A program made the position numbers and the translations under genes. Shown here one piece after another: positions 1-15,905 of a DNA stretch of 64,000 nt (its first letter is position 1; each line of letters opens with the position of its first letter). The stretch is from the human T2T-CHM13v2.0 reference genome, Homo sapiens: NCBI RefSeq assembly GCF_009914755.1, contig NC_060930.1. The stretch is one strand, 5' to 3'. The notes under the pieces are model-generated. The model made no database searches and was not told the origin of the DNA. It saw only the letters and a program-made list of their open reading frames with translations.

Positions 1-2587
1 CCCCCTCTCCAATGACCAGCCATGGGGCCTTGGGCTCTTCTACCTCTCTGTCTTTCTCTAGGCCTCCCTTTTCTCATCCCCACAATAGGACAGTAAAACC
101 AAGCTCAGGGGTGGAGCATGGTGGGTAAAGAACAGTGCACGTGAGTGGCACGTAGCAGCACACACCACAGCACTCAGAGACTGCGACTGTGCCCCTGGCA
201 GAGGGGAAAGAAGAGGGTCTGACTCCTGTCCCCACAGGACGCTGCGAGAATTGTTTATCCTTGTGTGCACCGTCTCTCCCTCCCTGGATTCATCTGTTTT
301 ATTTATCCTTGTTTCCCCGCCAGCCTCTGCACATAGTAGGTGTGCTTACTATTTGTTGAATGGAGACACCAGTTGTGGAATATCCAGTCATCTGACAGCA
401 GTCATTTTGACATGAACAGTGAGGTTTTTCCAGCAGCTTTTCCCCACCTCCCTTCCTCCGCCTGCAGTAGTGCATTCATCTGGGTCCCATGATTCAGCCT
501 CTGGCTTTTGCTTTGCCCCCTGGCTACCCAGGCAGCCTATGGCATCCTCAGCTGCGCTGGACGCCCCCTTCCTATTGTCCCCCAGTCTGACCCTTCGCAC
601 GTCGTCCCTGCTGTGACAGCTGCTCTTTTAAGTCTGTGCAGATTCTCTGACCTAACGTGTCCCTGCTCTCCAATCTCAGTCTTGCGGTTGCCGGGTCACC
701 CTGTGGTTTGCTGAAGGTCAACTCTGGAGGACTCCCAATTTTCTCAAGTGGAATCTAAATCTGCCCCTTGGAGGGGCTCAGTGGAGAGTGCCGGGTGGTA
801 GGTCCTGCCCAGAGTTCTGGCTCCTTCCTCTAAATGGGACCTGCCCCCACCCCCAAATACCTAAGAGGCATCTAGCATTGAAGGGGCCCCTTCTCCTTTC
901 ATTTTTTCTGCTTCAACTCAGCTATTTATTAGCCAGCATCTTGACTTGAGAGAGGCCCTCTGGGCCAGCAGGCCTGGCTCCACTTGAGGTTCCCAGACCT
1001 TTCCAGGAAGGGTTACAGCAGGCTCGACACCCCCTGGTTTCCTAGAAAAAAAAGGGGAGCCGTCGGCAGAGGTGGGCCCTGTCCTCATATACTCCATGGT
1101 GACGTCCTTGGCAGCTACTGCCAGCTGTATCCACCTTGGGGAGATGACTTCCTCAACCAGAAGCCTGAGACCCCTAACCCACAGCATAGCATTCCCTGTG
1201 GCTCTGGGCTCCCCTCCCACAAGGCAGCTGCCACACCCCTAAGCCCCTCAACAGTCCTCTCCAGGGATGGAAGCCAGGACGCCAATCCCAGGCTCTGTCC
1301 AGGCTCCCGTGTGCCACTTCCTCCTTTTCTTTCTTGTTGCTCCTTCCCTTCCCTCCTTTCCTCTCTCTGGCTCATAAAGCCAAGGCTGTACTCCAGCCAT
1401 AACTCAGAATTGTGACCAGATGACCATGTAACTGAATTGAACTCTTCTCAGTCATGACATCACATCATTCTAGAAACCTCTGCTTTGGCTCTGCTGACGA
1501 GTTCACATCCACTTTAAGGTTTGGCTCCAAAGCCACTGGTCTTACTTGCTCCATATTACCTAAAAAGAGCTACTTATGCTCTGCAAACCTCTGCAGCCTC
1601 TGAGGTCAACTGCAGCACATGTAGCGACCATTCCAACGTTCTGAAGCCCATGATGCTTTTGGCTCCTCGGAGCCCTTCTGCGGAAATCCCTGCAACCACT
1701 AACCAAGTATTTTTCAAATCCCCTTTAAATAAGTTCGTGTTTTCAAAACACAGAAAGCAATGGTGAGGCTCAGCTACTCCCAGGCTACACCAGAAAGAGA
1801 GGAACCAGGGACTCACCCCTCGCCACTTCCATCTCTCCCCTCTCTCTCATCCTCACCCTCCCACAAAATCTAGTTTTCTGCCAGGAGCAGCTCGTCACAG
1901 TTTGCGTAGTAAGTTTCATACAGACAGGTTCCTGGAAGGTGAGGTTTGATCCTTATCTTTGGAGAGCGGGCCACAGTAATAATACATAATAATGTAATAA
2001 AAGAGTATTTCCATAGCACAGAATTTTAACAACTGTTCCCCAGATCCCTTCCCAGGCTCCTCAACCAGTCATATGACCACTCTGTGACATCTTCTAGTGT
2101 CACGGACACATAGGTCTCTGACTCCAAGGCCATCACTCCACATGGAGGCTGTGGTGACTCAGTGGTTCTTTCGTGGAGGCCTTCTTCTGCTTCTAATATT
2201 GGCCATGTAGCTCACAGGCTGCTCACAGCCGTCTTGTTGCTGAGTGCAGATGGCCTAAAGTGAGCAAAGCATCCTTCTCCCAATCAACAGCCCAGGAGGA
2301 TCCGCTTTGGCCCTAGTAACACAATCGTTTTTCTCTCCCAGCCCCCTTTCTTGGGACCTCTGGCACAGGTACAGGTAACTTGTGTTGGAGAGCATGGGGT
2401 AAAGGAACACGCAAAAGGACAGAATGATCTAAACTGCACACATGCAAATTATTTTCAGAATGTCCACACCCCTCTGGAGATAACCTATTGTCCTTGCATT
2501 GAACATATGCATTTGTACCTCTCTTTCCTTAAAGAAGTGACTCTCAAAGGTGGCCCATAGTGGGAGCACCTGGGGGCATTCCCAACC

Positions 2588-2590
<3 letters not shown>

Positions 2591-2621
<31 letters not shown>
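2591..2621. repeat. (AC)n microsatellite
   Basis: Perfect AC run of about 15 units. Confidence 0.97.
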
Positions 2622-2623
<2 letters not shown>

Positions 2624-2646
2624 TTTTGATGCCTCTACCCTGCATT

Positions 2647-3139
2647 GATGTAGTACACTGCCAGTTACCCACTGTGCCAGACAAGTTTGTGGTACTCACC
2701 AACTCCTCTGTAATGTAGGGGCTGGAAGACTGGGAACTATATTTCCCAGAATCTGTTGCCAGCAGGCTTCTGGTTTAAATTTCCCGATGAGAGGCACTCA
2801 CTGAGAATTGGAAGATAGAAGGGGAACAGACGCCAAAGGGTTCCTTCAGCAGTGGTGGGCAGACACATTTGGGTTTGTTTTGCAGCCGCCTCTGATTTTC
2901 CCCTGTGAATCACCTGTCTTGGTGTTGCAGGTAGTTCTAGTCATCAGTGGTGGTTTTCTGTGGTCGTGGCATTCCCGTGTCTGAAATCAGGCGGTGAACC
3001 CGAGAGCCTGCTCCGACCTTCCCTTCCCTTCCTTCCTTTAGCCCTTTAAACCATCTTGCAAGCACAAGCACTTGATTCTTTGTATCAACTCCCTTTCTCT
3101 TTGAACTGCATGAAATGGGGTGTTTTCTGACTGATACAC
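2647..3139 (+). mobile_element. Old ERVL-type solo LTR (LTR33-like)
   Basis: Contains ggaactatatttcccagaatc...gagaggcact and ends ctgactgataca, resembling LTR33-family consensus as recalled. Boundaries approximate. Confidence 0.6.
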
Positions 3140-3154
3140 ATCTCCAATATTTAT

Positions 3155-3907
<753 letters not shown>

Positions 3908-4448
3908 TTACCTCTTTGGAGAGCACTGTCATATGAGCTACACTAATCCAGTTGTGTTGAGATATAAAAGCAGTTGCAAACCTCTTCTGAATGGAGAATT
4001 CTTTCTAGAAGCTCCCTGGGCTCTCCAGGATGTATGAGAATCAGTCCTACCTTGCTGCTTCCACAGTTCCCAAACACGTCCAGGCATGTCTGCATCCACT
4101 GGGTAGAGACATCTTAGGCCAGCCTTCCTGCATGAAGGTATGCATAGGTTTTATCTAGAACCTGTTAAATTCAGCTCTAAAATATAAAGTGTCTCATTTC
4201 TATAAGGCCTTCCTAATACTCACAATAATCTGCTATATATAAACTGGGATCACAAATTCATTCAAATCTTTTTTTTTAAAGATATCTTCAGGTTTCACTG
4301 TGGAACAAAACAGGCCTACTTTGGAAAAAATTATATTTAACATGAGTTCTCGAGGCTATACTACACTAGGAATAATAGTGGGCATAGAAAAAGTACATCT
4401 GTTTCTGCAATGCAGTGAGAGGTATTTCTGCTTATTAACAGAAAATCA

Positions 4449-4746
4449 GGCCACGTGCAGGGGCTCACACCTGTAATCCCAGCACTTTGGGAGGCCAAGG
4501 TGGGTGGGTTATTTGAGGTCAGGAGTTCGAGACCAGTCTGGCCAACATGGTGAAACCCTGTATCTACTAAAAATACAAAAAATTAGCTGGGCATGGTGGT
4601 ACGTGCCTGTACTCCCAGCTAATTGGAAGGCTGAGGTAGGAGGATCACTTGAACCCGGAAGGTAAAAGTTGCAGTGAGCTTAGATGGCACCACTGCACTC
4701 CAGCCTGGGTGACAGAACAAGACTCTGTCTCAAAAAAAAAAAAAAA
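4449..4746 (+). mobile_element. Full-length AluS (Sx-like)
   Basis: Canonical dimer with middle A-rich linker and poly(A) tail. Confidence 0.96.
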
Positions 4747-5068
4747 GAGAAAAATTATTTGTATTTTGAAATAAAGAATTTGATCCTGAACATGAAAGAG
4801 GATGGTAAAGGACAAAACCCCAATTGATATAGGAAATAGTAGAAGGTTTATGAAAAGATAATTTTATTTGTCTGGAACTATAATACCTGAAGATAATTGA
4901 GCCTCATAAATAAGTCATTGAAATTTATTAAAATTTTGCCAAAGCTGCCTAAGTTTTTATGGGTTTATTAATACAATTTAATGTTATCTTTTAAAATTAC
5001 AAAATATACTTAAACTGTATTATTTGTTTTTCTAAATTTGTAGTGTCAATTATACATACATACATAGT

Positions 5069-7940
5069 TTATATTTTTATTTCACTAGTTTTGGGGGAAA
5101 AGGTGGTGTTTGGTTGCATGGAAAAGTTCTTTAGTGGTGACACTGTACCCAATGTATAGTCTTTTGTCCCTTACCCCCTTCCCTCCTTTCCCACTGAGTC
5201 CCCAAAGTCCATTATATCATTCTTATGCCTCTGCATCCTCATAGCTTAGCTCCTACTTATAAGTGAGAACATAGGATGTTTGGTTTTCCATTCCCGCGTT
5301 ACCTCACTTAGAACAATGGTCTCAAACTCTGTCCAGGTTGCTGCAAATTCCATTATTTTGTTCCTTTTTTATGGCTGAGTAGTATTCTTTGGTATATATA
5401 CACCACATTTTCTTTATCCACCCGGTTAATGGGGATTTAGGCTGGTTCCATATTTTTGCAATTGCGAATTGTGCTACTACAAACATGCGTGTGCAAGTGT
5501 CTTTTTCATATTATGACTTCTTTTCTTCTTGGTAGATACCCAGTAGTGGGATTGCTGGATCAAATGGTAGTTCTACTTTTAGTTCTTTATGGAATCTCCA
5601 TACTGTTTTCCACAGTGGTTGTACTAGCTTACATTCCCACCAGCAGTGTAAAAGTGTTCTCTTTTCATCATATCCACACCAACATCTGTTATTTTTTTAT
5701 TTTTAAATTATGGCCATTCTTGCAGGAGTAAGGTGGTATCTCATGGTGGTTTTGATTTGCATTTCCCTGATAATTAGTGGTGCTGAGTGTTTTTTCATAT
5801 GTTTTTTGGCCATTCGTATATCTTCTTTTGAGAATTGTCTATTCATGTCCTTTGCCCACTTTTTGATAGTTTTTTTTTCTTGCTGATTTGTTTGAATTCC
5901 TTGTAGATTTTGGATATTAGTCCTTTGTCAGATGCATCATTGCAAAAATTTTCTCCCATTCTGTGGATTGTCTGTTTACTCTGCTGATTATTTCTTTTGC
6001 TGTGCAGAAGATTTTTAGTTTAATTAAGTTCCGTCTATTTATCTTTGTTTTTGTTGCATTTGCTTTTGGATTCTTGGTCATGAACTCTGCCTAAGCCAAT
6101 GTCTAGGAGTTTTTTCAGTGTTATTTTCTAAAATTTGTATGATTTCAGGTCTTAGATTTAAGTCTTTGATCCATTTTGAGTTGATTTTTGTATAAGGTGA
6201 AAGATGAAGATCCAGCTTCATTCTTCTACTTGTGGCTTGCCAATTATCCCAGTACCATTTGTTGAATAGGGTGTCCTTTTCCCACATTATATTTTTGTTT
6301 GCTTTGTCAAAGATCCGTTGGCTATGAATATTTGGCTTTATTTCTGAGTTCTCAATTCTGTTCTATTGGTCAATGTGCCTATTTTTATATCAGTACCATG
6401 CTATTTTGGTAACTATAACTTTGTAGCATAGTTTGAAGTCAGGTAATGTGATGCCTCTAGATTTGTTCTTGTGGCTTAGTCTTGTTTTGGCTATGCAGGG
6501 TCTTTATTTGGTTCCATATGAATTTTAGGATTGTTTTTCCTAGTTCTGTGAAGAATGGCAATGATATTTTGATGAGAATTTCATTGAATTTGTAGATTGC
6601 TTTTGACAGTATGGTCATTTTCATAATATTGATTTTACCCATCCATGAGCATGGGATGTGTTTCTATTTGTTTGTGTCATCCATGATTTCTTTCAGCAGT
6701 GTTTTATAGTTGTCCTTGTAGAGATATTTTTCACTTCCTTGGTTAGGTATATTTCTAAGTATTTTATTTATTTTGCAGCTGTTGTAAAAGGGGTTGAGTT
6801 CTTGATTTTATTCTGAGCTTGGTCATTGTTGGTGTATAGCAGTGCTACTGATTCAGGTACATTGATTTTGTATCCTGAAACTTTACTCAATTCATTTATC
6901 AGATCTAGCAGCTTTTTGAATGAGTCTTTAGAGTTTTCTAGGTATATGAACACATCATCATCAATCAGTGACAGTTTGACTTCCTCTTTACTGATTTGGA
7001 TGCCCTTTATTTCTTTCTCTTGTCTGATTGCTCTGGCTAGGACTTCCAGTACTATGTTGAATAGAAGTGGTGAAAGTGGGAATCCTTGTCTTGTTCCAGT
7101 TCTCAGGGGGGAATACTTTCAACTTTTCCCCATTCAGTATAATGTTGGCTGTAGGTTTGTCACTGATGGCTTTTATTTCCTTGAAGTATGTCCCTTCTAT
7201 GCCAATTTTGCTGAGGGTTTTATGCATAAAGTGATGCTGGATTTTGTCAAATGCTTTTTCTGCATCTATTGAGATGATCATATGGTTTTGTTTCTAATTC
7301 TGTTTATGTGGTATATCAGATTTATTGACTTGCATATGTTAAACTATCCCTGCATTCCTGGTATAAAACCCAGTTGATCATGGTGGATTATCTTTTTGAT
7401 ATGCTGTTGAATTCATTTAGCCAGTATTTTATTGAGGACCTTTGCATCTATGTTCATCATGAATATTGGTCTGTAGTTTTCTTTTTTTGTTATGTCCTTT
7501 CTTGGTTTTGGAATTAGAGTGATACTGGCTTCATAGAATGATTTAAGGAGAATTCCATCTTTCTCCATCTTTTGGAGTTTCAGTAAGATTGGTACCAATT
7601 ATTTGAATACTTGATAAAATTCAGCTATAAAGTCATCTGGTCCTGGACTTTTATCATTGGCTGTTTTTAAATTACTGTTTCCATCTTGCTACTTGTTATT
7701 TGTCTGTTCAGAGTTTCTATTTCTTCCTGATTTAATCTAGGAGGATTGCATATTTCCAGGAATTTATCAATGACCTCTAGGTTTTCTAGTTTGTGTATTT
7801 CAAGATGTTCACAGCAGCCTTGAATGGTCTTTTGTATTTCTGTGGTATTGGTTGTAATGTCTTCCGTTTCACTTCTAATTGAGCTTATTTAGATATTCTG
7901 TCCTTTTCTTGGTTAATCTTGCTAATGGTCTATCAATTTT
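5069..7940 (-). mobile_element. 5'-truncated L1PB (L1PB1-like), ~2.9 kb
   Basis: 3'UTR reverse complement ggtggtgtttggttgcatggaaaagttctttagtggtga. Minus-strand ORF fragments match L1 ORF2p RT ([35 protein letters not shown]) but are broken by stops and frameshifts. Confidence 0.93.
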
Positions 7941-8068
7941 GTATTTGTAGTAGAGACAGGCTTTCTCCATGTTGGTCAGGCTGGTCTCGAACTCCTGACC
8001 TCAGGTGATCCAACTGCCCCGATCTCCCAAAGTGCTGGGATTACAGGTGTGGGCCACCCCGCCCTGCC
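7938..8068 (-). mobile_element. Alu left arm only, abutting the L1 5' end
   Basis: ttttgtatttgtagtagagac...ctcctgacctcaggtgatcc...gccctgcc; right arm absent. Confidence 0.92.
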
Positions 8069-8711
8069 ATATGCTCCATATTTCTTAGATAGTCCAATAC
8101 TATCATGAAAGCTGTATGTGAGGTGTTGACAAATCAAAGCAGTAACATTTCCTAGATTTTCAGAGATTTGTATACATTACAAGAAGGTTCAGGAGGCTGA
8201 TGAATACTCTTATGAGAAACATTGATCTAACCCATATGTGATAGTTTTATATTATAACCTAATAGGTTTCAGTCTTCTCCATTCTTATTAGCAAGTAATT
8301 TCTGATTTCTTTTCATGCTTGCCTGAAAGATTTTTTTTTTTTTATAAACTATAGCCTAGAAATTGGGTCTTCAACAAAGAACAGTCTCAGAAACCCAGTG
8401 GAAATGACTGCAACAGATCCTGTTTAATGATTACTACTTCAAGAAATAGACTTATAGATACAAGCTTCTGAGGTGATATCACTTAGACGAGTTTAAGAGA
8501 AAAGATTTCTAGGACATTTTTTATTTCAGAAACAAGTGACTTTTTGTAAACCACTGCTAACAAAGATCCAACAGAACCTTACACAGGACTGAGTTAACTG
8601 GTAAGGGTGATCTAATTGTGGTTATTTGTTTTCATTTTCATGTTCAATGTTTTATCTTATTATGGCTATGTGATGAAGCCCTTCCTTTTCTTAATCTATT
8701 GCTAACCTTTA

Positions 8712-9065
<354 letters not shown>

Positions 9066-9156
9066 TTATTTATAGATTCAGTAAGAATTTGTCCTCTTTT
9101 TGTTTTTTAGCAGGATATAATTGGACAATTTGATTGTACAACCAAAGACAAATTCA

Positions 9157-9699
<543 letters not shown>

Positions 9700-9859
9700 T
9701 CAGGAATCTCTGCAGGTTTGAAGGACCTCGAGAAGAAATTCACTCTTATTTATAGATGTGGTAAGCAAAATTGATGGAGATAATTATTATCTTGGGCCTG
9801 GTTTTTTAACTTTGGAATAGAAGAGCAATTTAAAAATACTGGGATAATAGATATTATTG

Positions 9860-10020
9860 AAGATGCAATTGCTTTCACAGTCTTCAGACAGAAGTTAATT
9901 TTCTGGCCATAGCAATGCCTCACACCATATGGCTGTAGATTTGCTGACCAGACTACAAGGAAGTTTACATATGTTAATCTACTTTTTGCTATATGTATAT
10001 AAATTAATCAGGCCAAAACA
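9860..10020 (+). pseudogene. ERV env TM relic (heptad repeat, immunosuppressive domain, Cys region)
   Basis: With frameshifts it translates as LQTEVNFLAIAM / HHMAVDLLTRLQGSL / CYMYIN*SG, comparable to the gammaretroviral LQxQxNSLAxVVLQNRRALDLLTAxQGG...CCFYINxSG pattern. Confidence 0.7.
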
Positions 10021-10864
10021 CAGTGTGATTAAAAATAATACCTGAACATTATTTATAATCACAAAGAAGATAATTCAGGAGAATTATCCAAAAGTTGGAA
10101 ATAGACAAAGAGATTATTACACATTCTTTCAGTGCTAAGCACTGCTGAGCAGGCCCACTGGAAATTACCCAGTTCTCTAGGAATGTGTTCCTTCGATTTG
10201 CTACTTACTACTGATTTAGGCTACTTTATAAATCTATAAAGATAGGTATTGACTTGCAGAAAACTGAAAGCGATGCAATTGGCTTTTGTCCAATAGTAAT
10301 GTAAATGAATTTTGTTCAGTGGAGACACAAGTATTTCTGTCTGGTAGAAAAGATGACACCAAAGGTTATAGTGTTATTGCTCCATGGCATATTAGCCAGT
10401 TTTGTGTCTAAATTAGCAATCATATTCAGGCATTCTTTCTTCCAGTCACTGTGAATAGTTTGCTCCCTCCAATCAGTCTGCCATCTTGCTTGTTCCATTA
10501 GGAATACATACTCGCTTAGAATAAAACAGAAACCTGAACACACAGAATGAAGAAACATGAAAGTTGAGATATTTATTAATGTTCCTTTTAACATGTCATA
10601 AATGTTCATCTTCTGACTCTGTAGGAAACAAAGAAGATATCATACTAACAATCAACCGTAAGCTGAAATATCTCCCAACACCAGGCAACAAACCCAAACA
10701 GAATGTCTTGTGACTATGGAAGTGCTGGGACAAAATAAACCAAATAATTTGTATTTCTGACATAAAAAACAATTCATAATTTTATTTTTTCAACAAAACA
10801 TAGCTGGCTTATTTTGCTCATAATGTAAATGTGGGATGCAAATAGTGCTAAAAATTGTATCATT

Positions 10865-11159
<295 letters not shown>

Positions 11160-12323
11160 TATTAAAAGTGGAAAGTACTAAACATTTAAATGTTTTATCA
11201 GAATGGCAGTCCCATTCTGATAAAGCTCATAGTCCAAATTTTAAGTTTGCAATCATCAGTGAGGAAAAAAGCAGAAGTTGATCATGAATCAGTTTTCCAT
11301 AAAACAGCATTTGTAATCATCAACATTTCTGACAGAGCGTTTATCAATGACTATTAATAAAGAGATAAATATTTTGAAAGTACTATTAGACTTCGTAACA
11401 CTATAAGGTAGCTAGTTAAAAATAAGTGAGTATTTACAGATAGAAAATATTTAACAAACTTCAAAAATCATTAATTTCAATATGGGTATATTGTTATTTA
11501 TGATCTTGTTTGTTACGAAACATCTATTAGGATAAAAAATTGCTTTTTGGAAGACATACACATTAACCAATAAAATGTCAACCATTATTGATAAAGTCTC
11601 AACATTGTTAACAATGTACTTAAATGTGGAATTTAAGACTTTGAAGGTAGTTTAATGGAATTTGTTGATCATACAGAACTGGAAGTAGTAACATCTGAAA
11701 TGATATTGCTAAGTGTATCAATGCTTGGGAAAAATAATTTTTCACTGAGAAATAGTTACACGAAAATCTCATTGAATTTTATAGAGTGTATCAATATAAT
11801 GAGATGAATAAAATATGAGGTTTCGGCACAAATTTTAGAAAAAATTTCCAGGTGTTTTAATTTGATATCATCTAAGTTACTGTATTCAGTTCTCTTTGAA
11901 ATATTCAATGAAAAATGTAAATAAGTAAATCATTTTAAATCTGTCCTCCATTAACTTTATATTTATCACCTTTCTCCAAATAAGATATTAAAGATTAAAT
12001 AATATACTTGAAGAGCTTAGAATTTAAATGACAAAAACCGGACAAATATTCAGTCTTCAAGAGCCAGCCTGCGGCATAAGAGCTGCAAAGGCAGGTTGGA
12101 CATTGTGTCAAGGTTGAGATATTTATTTTAACAGAAATTATAAAGTGGCTATAGTTGAACATTTTCAAAATTTGTTTTAAGAGATGTGGCTTTAATCAAT
12201 GACATTCATCCATTCTTTTGCCTTTTAAGAAAGAAAAGTTTCTTTGATAATTAATTTGAGGACAATTATGGTATCTGAGCCTAAAAAACGAAATATGGGA
12301 AACCATGAAAGAGACACACAAGA

Positions 12324-12785
12324 TGTTACAGAGACAAAGCAGTACATCTTCTGTCTGTTTCCTCCTGCCCCTAGCCCTCTCTCTCTCCTTCTCTGCTCTG
12401 TTCTCTCACCTGTATGGCCCATCAAGGCTCACCAATGGGCTCCTGGGAGCTCTGCCTACCAACTGACTTTGGCCAATTGGAGCAGCAACAGAATGTCGGA
12501 GAGAGGGAGAAGTCTGAGGTCAAAGTGATCACTGTGAGGCTCCCTCCCTGCTGATAGCCAGTGCCTTCCTCGCACTGTGCACCCAGTTCTCTCTCCAAAT
12601 GTTAGTAACAGCTCCATCTTCTCCTCAAGCCTGGGTTTAGTAATGACTGGCTGTGAGGTACTGCACTGACCTTTGTCTTTTCCCTGTGCTGGGCCCACCC
12701 CTTAGTAAAGAGTCTCTTTATGAACCTCTTCAAATTACTGAATTTGAGTGTTCATCTGTTTCCTACTGGGACGCTGACTGATTTA
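12324..12785 (+). mobile_element. ERVL solo LTR (LTR33-like) inserted in the hAT relic
   Basis: GC-richer block within AT-rich transposase DNA, ending gtttcctactgggacgctgactgat. Confidence 0.65.
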
Positions 12786-12790
12786 TGTCA

Positions 12791-13248
<458 letters not shown>

Positions 13249-13743
13249 TTATGTTCTTTCAATTTGTTAAATCTTGAAGCATGGCTAAGTGACATTTGGG
13301 TTTGAAGGTGAACAAACTTAATACATTTAGGCCAATTAAGTATGACGTTCCAATAAATAATTTTGTGTGACTCCTTCAAAAATAGAGACATAGAAGACAA
13401 AAACGTCATAAACAGTATGACAAGGGTTGGGAAAAACTTTACCTTGTTGCCATGAGTTTGGCAGGAACTGGGTGGGGGCTCAGTACTATGAACAGTGTCA
13501 ATGACCTTAAGAGAAATTCTCTGTCTACTGAAACTGAAAGCCACCTGATGACTGTTAATTTATAAGGGAGTCTGTGGAAGGGTTTGATATTGTTCTAGAC
13601 ATCAAAAATTATTTGATATGTTTACCATTTGGGTAGTGACAGCTGAGGAAAGTAAGAATAGAAAAACAACTTCTAAAACTCCACCAGTGATTTGGAAGTT
13701 ATCGACTGGTCTGGTTTGATGACTGATTTGCAGCACAACTTCT

Positions 13744-14475
13744 TTTTTTTTTTTCATTTTTTTATTTATTTTATTTTTTTTTTTAATTATACTTTAAGTT
13801 TTAGGGTACATGTGCACAATGTGCAGGTTAGTTACATATGTATACATGTGCCATGCTGGTGCGCTGCACCCACTAACTCGTCATCTAGCATTAGGTATAT
13901 CTCCCGATGTTATCCCTCCCCTCTCCCCCCCACCCCACAACAGTCCCAGAGTGTGATATTCCCCTTCCTGTGTCCATGTGATCTCATTGTTCAATTCCCA
14001 CCTATGAGTGAGAATATGCGGTGTTTGGTTTTTTGTTCTTGCGATAGTTTACTGAGAATGATGATTTCCAATTTCATCCATGTCCCTACAAAGGACATGA
14101 ACTCATCATTTTTTATGGCTGCATAGTATTCCATGGTGTATATGTGCCACATTTTCTTAATCCAGTCTATCATTGTTGGACATCTGGGTTGGTTCCAAGT
14201 CTTTGCTGTTGTGAATAATGCCGCAATAAACATATGTGTGCATGTGTCTTTATAGCAGCATGATTTATAGTCCTTTGGGTATATACCCAGTAATGGGATG
14301 GCTGGGTCAAATGGTATTTCCAGTTCTAGATCCCTGAGGAATCGCCACACTGACTTCCACAATGGTTGAACTAGTTTACAGTCCCACCAACAGTGTAAAA
14401 GTGTTCCTATTTCTCCACATCCTCTCCAGCACCTGTTGTTTCCTGACTTTTTAATGATTGCCATTCTAACTGGTG
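13744..14475 (-). mobile_element. 5'-truncated young L1 (L1PA2-like), ~730 bp
   Basis: Poly(T) on the left and TSD tgcagcacaacttct (13729-13743 / 14474-14488). The ORF2p C-terminus is intact ([19 protein letters not shown]...HRIFSLIGGN). The 3'UTR diagnostic reads GAG, not ACA/ACG, so it is not L1HS-Ta or pre-Ta. Confidence 0.96.
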
Positions 14476-15852
14476 CAGCACAACTTCTATAACTTGGTAA
14501 ATAGTTCTGTTATTTACAGTATAGTTTATTTGGGAATAAAAGACAATATGTTTTTAAATTTGTGGTTTATACATTGATTTATATTTCAATTTGTTACCAC
14601 ATGAGTGGTTGTATTTTTTAATAGTGGCCATGTCATGTACTATAACAATGGCTTCTCCTAATATGAATTATGATCAATAGATGGTAGAAACCAATTTAAG
14701 TAAGGGAAAATTTAAATACAAATAATGCAATCCAGGTTTTTTTCTTTCTTTTACAAATCAACATTCCAATTTCTTTGTCATTGTCTGGGGTTGAATCATA
14801 ACCACAGTTTTTCATAAAACTTCGCAAATGTTCAGAGGAACAGGGTCTGTGATTTTTTTTCCAGTCTATTACCTTCCCTCAGCAGAGGCCAGAGGAGGTA
14901 CAAACTGATTTCACATCTCACAGTTGTAAGTGAAGACAGATCCCTGCCTTCAAACTCAGAGTGCTGTGTCATGCTGTAGGACAACAGGCAACATGGCATG
15001 GCAGGGGGAGGCCTGGGACAGTACTGACAGTACTCCTAGTGGACTCCCTTGTCTCTGGGGAGGAAAATGGCTCCCAAATGGTGACAATCTGCTTCACTAT
15101 CTCATTCCTCCTGAGAGACCCAGGTTACAACTCTGGGAGGGTCCAGGCCCTTCCTAAAGAGTTCAGCTCTAATGATGCAGGGATGTGTGTGAGGATGGAG
15201 AGAGGGTATCATCAACCTCGAGGGGTGTGGGCCCACTCCTTGTAGACAAGAGTCCTGCTCCAGCTGTCAGGGCTCTGGTTGGCAGCCCAGCCGGATGTAA
15301 TCCCCAAGTGAGACCAACCTGGAAATCAATTGGCCGAAACCTTTGCTGGAGACAGTGGCATCCAGAGGGAAGGCTGTAGCGAATACACATGAGGCTCAGC
15401 CAGACCTGGCAGGTCTAATGGTGCTCTTGAGCCAGAGATGGCTTCTGCTACTTGGACACTCCTGACACATCCAGCACAGGGAGGCATGGGCTAAGGAGGG
15501 AGGTGCAAGGGCAGGAAGAGCAGCATGTGGGGTGTGTGGGACAGGAGGTGCATGCACTGCTGCCAGCTGGCCCAGCTGTGCTCCCTGCCAGTAGCAGAAT
15601 GGGCAAAGCTGCCGGGGAAGGGCTGGCCTCCAGATGTGCTTTCCTAGCGCAGGCTCTCGGACCACACATTCCCTTCATGCTGGGGAATCGGGGATAGGCG
15701 ATTTTGAGAAAGAAAATGCTCACAATGGCCAAGACCAAGAGGTGGACAGGACTCTAAAGGGCTTTCATTCATTCCTTCAACCCTCTCTCGCGCCCCCAAA
15801 AACCCATCGAGGGAGGCAGCAGAGGTATCTTTGATATATTCATGGCTTAGAG

Positions 15853-15853
<1 letters not shown>

Positions 15854-15904
<51 letters not shown>
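15854..15904. repeat. (CA)n microsatellite, ~25 units
   Basis: Perfect CA run. Confidence 0.97.

Positions 15905-15905
<1 letters not shown>

Noticed and set aside
5456-7598. Several ORFs with RT-like or hydrophobic sequence
   Set aside because: They are sense and antisense fragments of the dead L1PB ORF2.
13991-14464. 157-aa ORF with a Cys-rich motif
   Set aside because: It is the L1 ORF2p C-terminus within a 5'-truncated L1, not a host gene.
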